A DNA stretch of 63,195 nt, the filler included, from Salisapilia sapeloensis CBS 127946 (lineage: Eukaryota; Protista; Oomycota): NCBI GenBank assembly GCA_023334545.1. It is 10 parts of 10 records of this genome, joined end to end, with 100 filler letters (N's around TTAATTAATTAA, not from the genome) between each part and the next. Parts side by side here need not be neighbours in the genome. Positions count along the whole stretch, not along the records: positions 1 to 21,313 come from JAADVB010000288.1; positions 21,414 to 23,860 come from JAADVB010000901.1; positions 23,961 to 28,002 come from JAADVB010000694.1; positions 28,103 to 36,554 come from JAADVB010000491.1; 6 more parts are not named here. One strand, written 5' to 3'. The notes below the pieces were generated by a model that saw nothing but the letters and a program-made list of their open reading frames with translations, was not told the DNA's origin and ran no database searches. Shown in pieces: positions 20,158-31,592 of the stretch; position 1 is the stretch's first letter; each line of letters opens with the position of its first letter. The translations under genes and the position numbers were made by a program.

Positions 20158-21313
20158 GTGGCTGATGCATTCAAAGGTTTCTTCGAAAACCTCATGCTTG
20201 CCCATTACTCGTCCTATATGCAGTCGAGAAAGCGCTTGACTGTCGGACCTGCGACGAAACCGATCGCGACTAAAGCTAGTGACGCTAAAGGTGCCGCTTC
20301 TCACTTCGTGTCCGACGCGAAGAATGCCGTTACGCCGCTCGGGTTACCGCCGAATGCCATCCATGACGAAGCCGCTGACGCCGGAGTTACCGTACACGAT
20401 GTGACAGGGTCGATGACCCTTTTGGAGTTTCTTAAGAATGACTCCAGTGATGACGAAACGGATGATGCATCCACCGTGTCCAACTCGATGGCCTCTAGTG
20501 CTCCTTTGATTCGATCAATGAATAGTGGCGATACTCGCGTGATCGCATCCGATGCGACGCAATCGATCGTACCCTCAAAGCTACTGGGTGCTGAGTCTAG
20601 TGACAACCACTTCGGAACTAACTCGGTTGCATCCGAGTCGACGGAGTCAATCTCTCTACTGGAGCTACCTGAGGACGAAGACAATGCCCGATCCACTGTA
20701 TCGGACTCGACCGACTCGATCGCACTTTTGGAGACGCTGGACGCTGTGTCTAGTGATGATGAAGTCGAAACCAACTCCGCTGCAACCAAATCGATGGCTT
20801 CTAGCCGTCCTTTTGAATTTCCCGTGAATGACGACAATGCCAACGCCATCGTGTCCGAGTCACCACAGCCGCCCACACTCTCTGCGAGTCTAGAAGACGA
20901 TTCTAATACAAACGACTTCGAAACTAGCTCGATTATGTCCGACTCGACGGGGTCGATTTCGCTCTTGGAGCTACCTGTGGGCAATGACGAAGACGAAGCT
21001 GCATCCGACTCGACAGAGTCCATCGCACTATTGGAGACTCTGGACACTGAGCTTGGTGACGACAATTTCGAGACCAGCTCCGTTGCATCCGACTCAGCGG
21101 ACTCTATCGTCTTGTTGGAGCTACCTGCGGATATCAACGATGACGACACCGCATCCAACGCTTCGGGCTCGATGAAGTCGATTCCTCTCCTGGAAGACCC
21201 CATGTTTAGCTATGACTGCTTCATCAAGAAGCTGTACAAAGATGCAGCCAACATTGCCAAGAACTTTGATGCGAGAGCTGCGAGTGTCTCCAGCTCGACG
21301 AAGAAAGCGCCAA
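20158..21313 (+). CDS. Acidic Ser/Asp-rich repeat protein, 3' truncated by spacer, start uncertain
   Basis: Open for about 385 codons up to the contig end, with recurring SISLLELP and SIALLETLD motifs. The same frame has stops at 20035 and 20140 downstream of an ATG at 19897. Confidence 0.55.
20400..21200 (+). repeat. Coding tandem repeat with a period of about 150 nt (50 aa)
   Basis: LLELP motif starts at 20650, 20956, 21106 (spacing 306, 150); LLETLD motif starts at 20719, 21022 (spacing 303); degenerate units lie between. Confidence 0.7.
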
Positions 21314-21413
21314 NNNNNNNNNNNNNNNNNNNNNNNNNNNNNNNNNNNNNNNNNNNNTTAATTAATTAANNNNNNNNNNNNNNNNNNNNNNNNNNNNNNN
21401 NNNNNNNNNNNNN
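21314..21413. other. Artificial contig spacer
   Basis: 44 N + TTAATTAATTAA (stops in six frames) + 44 N. Confidence 0.98.
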
Positions 21414-21885
21414 CAATAGGTACTGATTTGAAGCCTTTATTACAATACGATATCGACATTTTCTATAAGTTTCCACTGTTAAGGTATATCTATTATATGT
21501 GACAGCTATGGGTCTCCCTCGCTAGCGATCAAGAGGAACAGTCGTCTTTGCTATTTATCAAAAGATAAAGGACAATAGCGTCATTAGGGGGTGTCAAACC
21601 TGCTACTATTGCAAAATATACTGAGATGTCTAATTGCCAAACAATCGGGCACAGACCTAAAAATCAGAAGTTTTATTTCGAGCGCAATTGAATCAGTCAG
21701 TCTCCAAATAAGATCAATAGAGCCGAAAAATGAGGCACTTTTTGGCAGGTTTGACATCCCCATTATACTAGTAATAGTGAGTGCAAGCAGGAAATAACCT
21801 CAACGCTTACATCACGCTTAAACTTCACCGCCAACGAAGCAAACTGTCCATCAATTCAAACTTTTAATTGTAATTTTTATTAAGG

Positions 21886-23445
21886 TTAGACATCAATTTC
21901 ATCCTTTTGTTTGCAGCCCACTTTGGTTACTTCATCCTGACGGAGTCGTAGTTCAGTCATCTTCAGCCATGCTAGCTGACGATCACGCTCTTGGTCTTTC
22001 AGATCCAGTTCCACTGAGCTAGTCCTCCATGCGTTTTCAAGGATCATATTCCATTCCTCTGAATCCGTCGAAGCCCCTCGCATGATGGAACCCTCATCCG
22101 AAGAACTAGCTTTAGACTCAATGATCGGCATTCCGTCATTAATACACGTGAATTGGGCAAACGCGCTCAGTGAACCTTCCGTTGAAAAGCTGAAATTATC
22201 CGAGTCACAGTCATACACTTCACCTGCGCAGGATTCTCTCCCAGACCAAGCACTCGACTCATCTGTCAGCTGCGAAATCCTGGATGGTACGACCACAGTG
22301 CATCCGCTGCCTTCCTTCTCGTATCGCCCCGCTCGAATTTCCTGTCGAGCTACCTTGTACGAGCTGACTTGGTTCGTGAACTGGTCGCAAGTGAGACAGA
22401 GTCGAACCTTCTTGGCCATCAACTTCAAGTTGGAGCCGGATTCGAGTAGCTCCAGAGAAATTACGCACTTGCTACAGACGGATGAGTCACACAAGGTGCA
22501 CGGGTAAGCTTTGCGCAACGGCCCAAACTTTTTGTTGCAAGACCGACAGTTCGACTTGTTTTCAGCTTCTTCGTTGCCAATAAAGCTCATCACATCATTT
22601 TTGTTCACATTCTTTCTCTGAAGGAGCCACGAAAGCTTCTTCATCTTGGCACAATGGGCCGAGGACCAAGTGTTCATAAGCCCACTGGCCAGTGTGACCA
22701 CAGCGATCGAGTCGAGGAGGTTGTTTCCAAACACCTCGTAATATGCTTTAGTGAACACCTCAACCGATTGATCCGACGTGGGTTTGAAAAGAACACAAGT
22801 CGATATACGGCCCCGGATAATGCCTCGTCCTTCCAGGGGCGGAGTGGATGGCAAGTCGACTGAATGCGCGAGATAGTATCCGATGCGTTCGTCTTTATTG
22901 ACTTGGAGAATGCCATTCGCTCGAATGTAGACGATATCTCGGTCTTTAACAACCCCTCGGAGTGCTGGACTTGGACTACCAGCATGCCACTGGAGAGCAG
23001 TGCAACGATACGGATGCCCCAGACTCGGTTTCTCGATCGTCGAGAGAATCTGAGCATTCATCGTTGCGTGTCCGGCGTAGCTTGCGCTTTGCAAAAGTGC
23101 TGCCTCGTCGCCGTTGACGAGACCGAACAAGAGGTCGTCCATATTGCTTCAGATCGTCCCATTGCCGACGATGACTCGAGGCATTTGCCATCCAGCACTA
23201 TCGGTGTATGAATCTTTCACCACACGCCGAGATGGATGCCGCTCACGGTACATGGTCACATTATTGGATGTCTTGATTGGCTTCCATCGCCTGCGATGGA
23301 AGCCACGGGGTTTAAACTCATCAAACTCTTGAAAGTTTCGAAGTGCTTCGTGTACGAGTATCATGGCGATACGCTTGCAGTCAGCTTTTTTCGCATCCGA
23401 GAGGTCGAAGCCTTCATATGCGTCTGCATTCCACTGCGTCGCCAT
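21886..23445 (-). pseudogene. Oomycete-type START-like + FYVE-like zinc finger gene with one in-frame TGA
   Basis: ORFs 23445-23149 and 23142-21886 share a frame: GTI*SNMDDLLFGL. START-like WKPIKTSNNVTMYRER and RGIIRGRIS; FYVE-like CRSCNKKF...CTLCDSSVCSKC...LCLTC. Confidence 0.75.
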
Positions 23446-23474
23446 CAGTAAAGAAGATCCGTGCTAACGAATGT

Positions 23475-23490
23475 GCAAATTTGGAAATGA
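23475..23490 (-). promoter_or_regulatory. Oomycete INR+FPR core promoter
   Basis: Minus strand TCATTTCCAAATTTGC, 29 bp upstream of the START-FYVE ATG. Confidence 0.75.
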
Positions 23491-23860
23491 AGTGAAGACC
23501 CGGTATGAGCGCTTCAGGCGGAGACGATACGGTGGGAAATATGTATGGCGTGCTCAAATACCGCCCTCTGTCGTGGATTATTTGCCTTGTTACCTGATAA
23601 TGTAACATACCTGTACAGACAGAAAAAATAGTCAAAGGGTTCAACGGTACAATAACTATCTTCATAATTAATTAAGCAGCAGGTGGGACAATGATGTCGG
23701 CGAAATACAGGAAGTTGAAGCTATAGAGATCTGGAGTCGATAACGTCGAAACGACGTCAGACCGTGCCGATCAGTTAGTCCTCTTCTATATTTCTATTGC
23801 AACCGTCTTTGTAACTTGCGACGGAAATGAAGCCAAGACTAAATGACAAAAAGGGAGTAA

Positions 23861-23960
23861 NNNNNNNNNNNNNNNNNNNNNNNNNNNNNNNNNNNNNNNN
23901 NNNNTTAATTAATTAANNNNNNNNNNNNNNNNNNNNNNNNNNNNNNNNNNNNNNNNNNNN
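23861..23960. other. Artificial contig spacer
   Basis: 44 N + TTAATTAATTAA + 44 N. Confidence 0.98.
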
Positions 23961-24418
23961 ATGACACAGTGTCCGCTGTTATCAGATGTAAGCTGAGTGT
24001 TGCACGGGAGCAGCTCTTCGAACTGAGGCTCACCATCAGGTGTGCAGTCTCTAGTTTCCCGGAAGCCAACGCATTCATATTTGGATAGATCACCTAAAGC
24101 TGAAGTGTTCGAGTGTATGGCGCCTTTGCCTCGATAGCTGTCTTTACTTCGCAGCCAAATTACTGCTTGGCTTCCAAGATATTGCATGCAGCATAGCAGA
24201 AGCAGGATGCCGAGTATAATGAGGAATTCTGACCGAGGATGCCTGTGTCGCTCAGCAATTCTTCCATGCCGACTTTTTGCATTTGCTTTTGCTACATTTT
24301 TAGGAATAGGAGCACAAGCTGACCGATCTGTCATCGAGCTTACTTGGACAGCTAAGTACGGTGATACGGATGCACGCGGTGATTCTCGAGAGAGTCTGCA
24401 GATAGGTGGTGAATCCAT
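23961..24418 (-). CDS. 5' fragment of a type II membrane protein, probably an oomycete mannosyltransferase-like (GT71) glycosyltransferase
   Basis: ATG 24418; TM FLIILGILLLLCCMQYL; Cys module YECVGFRETRDCTPDG...C...SGHC resembles the stem module of oomycete mannosyltransferases. The catalytic domain is lost at the contig end. Confidence 0.5.
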
Positions 24419-25181
24419 GGCTCTTGTCCAGCTTTTTCGAAAATGAATAATAAATTTTATGCGTGCAATATGCATCCAGGAGGATTGCTGCACAGTTGCA
24501 TTAGCCTCGTCACTTGATTCCCCATACAAAATGGAAATCGCGGCATTGCAACCGTTGGACACGTAGGGTAGAAACAAACAACTACCTAATCGATATGCGA
24601 CTACGAGTTAATGGCTTCACAAGCTACGACTATCATCCTCTTTTCGCGAAAAGAGCGTTGAACGCGCACATTGAAACTTCATACCTAGCAATATGCATGG
24701 CTGAAACACAACCATAGGCCTCGGATGGCACTGCGATCTCCTTGTATAGATCCTGGTAAAGGCTTGACGTGTTCAAAGTTACTTCAAGAGTACACGAAAA
24801 CGAACGGAAGCCGCAGCTCGAAATTTCTATTGTATCGAATGAGCTTTTCGGCACACGAACTGGCTACGTCGTCTTGGCGCAGCCTTTACTCTGTGGCAGA
24901 TGGCTGCGTATAGGTCGTCCGTAGCATCTTATCCTACATATCTTGTATGTAGGTAGAATCTAGCTTGGTGTACCAACCGCCTACCATGCATGTACCAGAA
25001 TCCAGATTTCACTAGGATTTAGTATTCCTTACTTTACTCTTGCCACGTGCAAATTGATCAGAAAGCCAAGCTCGTAGGAGACAGAGCGAAGACGAGTGTG
25101 GCCCCCCACTCCTGATCAGCTTCCGCACAGCACTAGATAGTACCACATCAGCCTCCCCCTGCCATCCGCACACAGTTGACA

Positions 25182-27622
25182 ATGGACAAGGCACTGCTCA
25201 CGCGTGCCACGAACAAGGAGGATACGCCCACACCCGGATACCTCTATGGCGAGATTGCTCGCATGACCCAGCACAGCTACGAGACGTGCATGAAAGTCCA
25301 AGACTTTCTCATCGGTCGAGTCAAGAATAAACACCATACCATCAAGTTCAAAGCGCTGCAGGTCATCAAACACATCTGCCGCGAAGGTCGCGTCGACTTT
25401 AAACGGGAGATGCAAAAGCACATTCCTACCATCAAAGAATGTCTCCGTACGTAAATCTTTTCCTACTTTGGATATGTGCCTTGCATGGGTTGTATGCTAT
25501 CAGTCTGTGCTCATTCAGCCTGTATCTCCATCTTTTGTGTAATGAGATCGTCTGACGTATCATATTAATAGAGTTCCGAGGTCCTCCAGATCCGTTGAAA
25601 GGTGACGAGTACTACCGCCGTGTCCGAGACGCCGCGAAGGAGTGTCTGGAGGCCATATACGACACGGACAACACACCAGGACTCGGTGGCATGGGTATCT
25701 CTGCTCGTATCCAAGGCGTGGGCAACCCAGCAGAGCAGGCACAGGCGACTTCTGGTTGGGGCACTCGCCTTCCGTGGGGCAAGAACAACTCGGCGCAACC
25801 CGAAGCTCCTCAAATGGGCGAATTACCGTCTCAATCGTACAATTACCCGCAGCCTGGCGGCTACGGCGGTCCTGCTCCTGGCTACAACGGTCCACAGCAG
25901 TCGATGGAGCAGCCACCGCAGTACGAATCTCCTTATGGAGGCAATGCTAGTCAGTACGGAGGCCAAGCCGGTCAGTACGGAGGCCAAGCCGGTCAGTACG
26001 GCGGTCAGGCTGGTCCGTATGGAGGCAACACTGGCCAGTACGGAAGTAACGCTCCTCCTGCTCCACACGCTCCGCAGTACGGAGGCATGCAGATGGGTCA
26101 GGACCAACGATTCTCTGGCATCGGGAACCCCATGTACCAGGACGCACGTGGAGAAAAGAGTTTCTTGCAAGGACTCAAAGAGAAAGCAGCGTCCAAGCTG
26201 TCTCGAGCGAATGAGAAGCCGATGAATGGACCGCCCGGGAGCTCCCACGCTCCCGACGGATGGAGTTTTGCGAACAATCGAGGACCTACGAGCGGATACA
26301 ATCCGTCTGGCAACCTCCCATACAACCCGGAAGAGACCTATCGCCCTGCAGCGTTCAGCGGTGGCTTCCGAGCAGCGTCTGTGGACTATGGCGAGGATCC
26401 GAGGAAGAGCGCGAGTTCTCAACTACGTGAAAAGGCGTACGAAGGCGATCGCAAGAAGGGTCGCGTCGGAGGCGTGTGGGCAGCGGACAATACGCCTCAA
26501 ATGGCACCGCAGGCTTCTCCTCAGCCGCAGATGAGTCAAGCGCCTCCTATGGCTGACCGTCGTCCTTACGCTGACCGTCCGGAGCCTCCTCGGCAAGAGT
26601 ACTCGTACCCTACGGAAGAGCGCGAGTCTGCGACTGGAAGCACGACTGGAGCATTGAGTGACGGGACGTACGAGAGGAACCTCGTGGAGGGTCTGTGTGC
26701 TCCAGGTGGCATGCGTGCCGTGCCACCCAAGGACAAGATGGAGTACTTTTTACGGAGTGCGTCGACGCTAGATGCGGATATCGTCGGTCCGATCTTGGAA
26801 GACTGTCTCGCAGATGGACAATGGACGGTGGCGAGTAAGGCTTTGGCGACGATCGAAGCGTTGCTGAAAGCAGATGGCTGTGAGGACTTTGAAGACTACT
26901 TTACGGAGAACTCGGAGGAGATCCAGAATTGTACCAAGAGCGGCAAGGCTGCCGTGCGTGACCGAGCGATCCGAGTGCTTTCCACGCTCGGACTGTCGAG
27001 TGAGGCGCCGAGTAAGAGTCGATCTGCGACGCCTAGTCGGCAGACGGGAGGAGCCCAGACGGATCTTTTGGGCGACTTTGACACGCACCAGCCATCCTCC
27101 GAGTCGTCTCTCTTCTCTGGACTGCAGACGTCGACTTCTGCAGCTCCGGAGCCGAAGGAAGAGCCAACGGAAGTGGCTGATATGTTTGGCGGCCTGCAAA
27201 TCCAAGGCGGACAGGAGTCGAGTCCAGCTCCGAGCAGTAAGCCTCTGGTGCTGGATCCGCTGCTGGAGCCTGTTCCGATGCAGAGTCAGGCTTCGAATGG
27301 CATGGGCGCGAGTGGCGGCATGGGCAACATGAACATGATGTATGGTGGGAACATGCAGATGAACCCGATGAACCAAATGAACCAGATGAATCAAATGAAC
27401 CAGATGAACCAGATGCAGTACATGCAGCAGATGCAGTATATGCAGCAGATGCAGAACAGTGGCCAGGGCGCGATGGGGCCTGCGATGGTGCCGAGCGGAT
27501 ACATTGCGAAGACAATTCAAGAGCCTTCCGACGGTGCGCGTGCGAACGAGTCTGGCTTTGGGTTCATGCAGAAGAAGGACGATTCGTTCAACTTTGTCAA
27601 GGACGCGATGAAGAACAGTTAG
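25182..27622 (+). CDS. TEPSIN: Tepsin (AP-4 accessory ENTH/VHS protein), 2 exons
   Basis: Exons 25182-25446 and 25572-27622. ENTH MDKALLTRATNKEDTPTPGYLYGEIA...KFKALQVIKH...GPPDPLKGD; second folded domain ERNLVEGLCAPGG...KAL; C-terminal LFSGL, MFGGL and FNFV motifs. Confidence 0.85.
25950..26054 (+). repeat. 21-nt coding tandem repeat (GQYGGQA), 2 perfect and about 3 degenerate units
   Basis: gtcagtacggaggccaagccg at 25950 and 25971, then diverged copies. Confidence 0.85.
27368..27452 (+). repeat. Coding microrepeat (MNQ)x5 then (MQYMQQ)x2
   Basis: atgaaccag-type 9-mers followed by 18-mers. Confidence 0.8.
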
Positions 27623-28002
27623 AAGTGGAACGGACTTGGTTTTTACGTCTTTAGATGACGCGAGTCGAGCGTCCTGGAAGAAGTGGAAATGAAAGTAAGG
27701 TGTACCAAGATAGCTCGTTCGTCCTGTTGGTTTGGAATAGCAATTCCGAATACAAGTGGTAAACTATACAGGACCCATGTCTTTCAACTGTAACAGTAGA
27801 TCCCGGGAAGCAAGGCTGAAGGCTTCTGCAACTGGGTTCATGCCTTTCCATATCAAGTGGTTACTAACATGAATAGATGTGTCGTGGGGTGGCAGGATTG
27901 AGACTCCTCAAGTGATCGAGTCGGCATGTACTCATCGATGCTTGGGACTGAGAGGGAGTAGTCGATGTATTTGTCGACGCGAACATCTTGGTATGCAGTC
28001 CC

Positions 28003-28102
28003 NNNNNNNNNNNNNNNNNNNNNNNNNNNNNNNNNNNNNNNNNNNNTTAATTAATTAANNNNNNNNNNNNNNNNNNNNNNNNNNNNNNNNNNNNNNNNNN
28101 NN
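28003..28102. other. Artificial contig spacer
   Basis: 44 N + TTAATTAATTAA + 44 N. Confidence 0.98.
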
Positions 28103-29198
28103 CCTCCACCTCGTAAACGAATGTGGGCGTATCTTCCGTCTCCGCGACACCATCCGTGCCTTGCAGAGCAATAGCAGAGTCGTTGGATTCCAAAGAGTAA
28201 ATCTGGCCTTGTCCTTGGTTGACAAAGTACCCGTTGTTCCATAACAACTTGAAGTGCTCTCGGAAGAACCGGCCAGCGCTAGGTCCAATTAAGCTGTAAC
28301 CGCTTTGGCCGTAGCATTCTCCGTCACTTTCACCCGGAATTTTGCCATAGAAAAAGAAGTCGATGTTTCCAAAACCAGTGTTGGAAGTCGGTGGACGACC
28401 GATGCCACCAAAGTTGGCATTGCACCACTCCGTACTAGGTGGATACTGGTTAAAGTTCCGGGAGGAGTCTACAATGCAGCCAACACTGTTTCCGTTTCCA
28501 CCAGCTTTCGCGTAGGAACTCTTGAAATTTGAGCAATAGGCTGACATCTCCGCATTCGGACGATAGTTGGATGTGTTCAGCGTGACACCTTTCACTTTGC
28601 CGTTGGAGGCGTCTGATAGCTTCTTGACAACCCTCGCAACACGGTCTGTCTGGTCGTTTCCTGAAAGCGTCCAGTATCCGACATCCGTGTAAATATCGGC
28701 GTTCGGGTTGGACGCCAAGAGTTTAATTCCGGCGATCATGTTTTGCTCGTAGTTGTTCTGTTGTGCGCATTGCGCATCAGCTAGCAGACCAACCGCATCA
28801 GGCTCTAAGACGTACAGAACCGGTCGATTTCCAATGGCGTTTACGAGCTGGCGAATGTAATTCAAGTAGTCTCCCTGGTTTTGGTTGGTTCCACCATTCG
28901 AGAAACCAGCATCACAGTCCTTGTTTGGTAGTCCGTAGACGATAATAGTGACTCGCTGAGATGTGTCGTAGCAAGATCGGATAAGATCATTGACAACGGA
29001 CGTATAGTCACCATTGTCAGTGTACCATGTCGCAATACCTTGTGCAGCAACGGTCTGCAGAGCACCTGCCATTTCCGGGTATTGGCGCATAGCTTGGGTA
29101 TACGATCTTGGCATGATGGAGCAGAAAGTTTCACCAGAAACAACAGATAGACCGAGGGTGGCCATGGCCAGCAAAGCAGCTTTGAACTGTCGGAGCAT
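28103..29198 (-). CDS. Secreted GH6 cellulase (cellobiohydrolase/endoglucanase), 3' truncated
   Basis: Signal peptide MLRQFKAALLAMATLGLSVVSG; IVYGLPNKDCDAGFS, VLEPDAVG, NTSNY, IVDSSRN, EWCN, KIPGESDGEC. Confidence 0.9.
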
Positions 29199-29239
29199 AG
29201 TTCAGACGGATGAAGGCTTTCGGATGTGCTTGATGTAGC

Positions 29240-29255
29240 GCAAATTAGAGAATGA
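29240..29255 (-). promoter_or_regulatory. Oomycete INR+FPR core promoter
   Basis: Minus strand TCATTCTCTAATTTGC, 41 bp upstream of the GH6 ATG. Confidence 0.75.
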
Positions 29256-31592
29256 AAGCAGCGATGAGATTTGGTGCGCTCCTTAGCGAGAAGAGGCTCG
29301 GCTGATGAGGTGATTTGCACGAGAGAAGTGCAATCGTGACTTTCACTGGCGTACGGCTGGTTCCATATTGCCAAGCAATGCAAGTTCTCTATAAGCCATG
29401 CGGGAAGAGGCTTCTTGTAAGGTGCAGTATCCCAGAAGCTGTCTGATAAATCACACTTTCACTAGCTTCAAACACAATCTACTCAGATTGTCGTTCACTA
29501 TGTTCGACTTCCTATGTGCCCACTTCAACTGATAATGTTAAAGACCGGTTCACGCCATACATAGACTGGACTGTAGCCACTACTGATGGTCAAGCTGACT
29601 GCATGTATCTGTCTGAATCCATATCAAAAGCCCAGCCGTCGTTGATGGCTACATTGTGTCATCGCTACTTGGACAGTAGAGTGTGAGCTTTGTGAGTTCC
29701 GCCGAGTGTAAATACTGTAACTTGTACTAGATTCACGAACACAAAGATTTACTGCTGGCCTCACTATCCCATTGCAGTGCTAATTGTGCCATATTCAGCA
29801 CCAACTGACCAGATCGAGGTAATGAGTTGTATGCGCCCTATGCAATAAAAGTCGGAACTATTCTGTTATTGAAATACAAGTACGTCACTAGCTTTATATG
29901 AAAGGTAACGATGGGTCGATGCAACTCAGTATCTTATTCTTCAACATGTCGTATTAGGCGACGACATGAAGTAGCCATCTTCAACTAGAAGTACGCCTTT
30001 TGCCGCACGCTGATCGTCAAATACATTCCAAAACGAAGTGAATGGAAAGTTTCACTGTCCTGTAGCATCCCTAAATGAAGTCCAGACGTACATTCTGCAA
30101 ATTGTATGAACTACATTTGCCTGTACTTGTAGGCAGCTATAATTTATGCACATGATTGCGAGAATGGGCAGCGTGTATGAGCAACTCATTGAAACTGGTC
30201 TAGTTTAGAAGCAGTAGAAGAAATCCTCGTAACACAGATTTGAATCTGTCGATTGCGTTGCCTCGTATAAATAATGAGCCCGAGTTGATAAGCATTGAAG
30301 TTGCTTTCACCGTCCGGGCAAATGACTGTAGTCATTCGTCTGTTCTGGCCATTTTGGTTTCGACGTGTAGTAATTATATGTTGCTTTGTCTAATCTAAGT
30401 ATTTTTTCCATGCCGCTTCCTAAATTATTTTCCATGTATTCAACACTCAGAGTTGCCCAAAAGCCATGCTTCTCAGACTATACTCTCTCATTTTCTCCTT
30501 TGCACTCGCAAACAATCTCAATCTTTTTAGTGGCAAAGAGTTTCTTTATTTAATTAAACCCTTTGAGATTGCACTAACTCCTACCATCAATTGATTCGAT
30601 GGGGTAAATCATGTTAATGGCCATCATATATGAAGAAACAATGTCAACCCAGTAATACGCACTTCTTCCTGTCATGGAAACTTGAAATTCATGCTAAAAC
30701 TGTATCTTGAATGACTTGAAACCCGCTAAAAACGCTCATCAAAGTAAGGTACAAATGTTTCATTGTTTCAAGCTCATATAAAGCCTCAACGCTTAAAGAA
30801 AAAGCTCCAGTCAATTTCATGAAGTAAAGAATTATATGCAAGCACACCTCTTTGTCTATCCCGAAATACGCTGCATAAAGATGCTCTTCAACGTATTTAA
30901 ATGAGTTCGTAGAGCATGTATAGACTCCATAACCATCTCCGACCTTGAGCCAACTTAGAAGTCTGGTGAAAATTGGATCATATGAACAAGCCCTGCATGC
31001 TTGACACAAGACCGAAGCTATCTTCAAACAAGCTAATGCAACCTAGCCTTACCGCCATATAATTGTGGGTAACAATGCTGTGCTGAAACTCCAGGCAGTA
31101 GGGATGACAAAACTATGGAAATCTTTTCCCATTATCGTAGCTTCATGCTCGTTACCTGGTAGTATCTGACGACTAGTTCCACTTTGTTATTCCTAGCATA
31201 AGTCCTTGTCATTGAAAAGCAAAGCGATAAAATGTCTAGATGCTCGTAGTGATGCATATTGGTAACCTCTTTGCAACACAAAGTCCAAGTTTCCATACTT
31301 CATGGTAATGCTTGTTCCGGGTTGAAATGTGCGTTTAGTCAAACGCCTCTTTAAGATATGACCTCGTACCATTGATATTTTGCTGAAAGTAATACATGCG
31401 ATTTGACAAGTAAATGATATTGTGCTTTACTTTATACACATCATATACAGATACAACTCCAGAGCCGTATTTCTTGGTCAGATTAATATTCAAGAAAAAC
31501 GTGGAAAGATCTAAGTCTTCGAGCCTCCACTGTATCGGATACCCACAGGCCCATCTGCCAAAATCTCTTCCATCCCACTTGTTGAACGCGAT

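Noticed and set aside
21358-21369. TTAATTAATTAA recurring nine times as a biological motif
   Set aside because: Always centred in 44+44 N; it is a synthetic six-frame-stop linker.
23149-23151. Selenocysteine or genetic-code reassignment of TGA
   Set aside because: The site is not a Cys-type position, TGA ends genuine genes here (GH17 at 35677-35679), and the ABCA has TAA, TAG and TGA lesions alike.
25950-26054. CRISPR-like array
   Set aside because: Contiguous in-frame 21-nt coding repeats with no spacers; no cas genes in a eukaryotic context.
30689-31400. 112-aa ORF and upstream protein-like frame on the minus strand
   Set aside because: No ATG start, interrupted by stops, no recognisable family.
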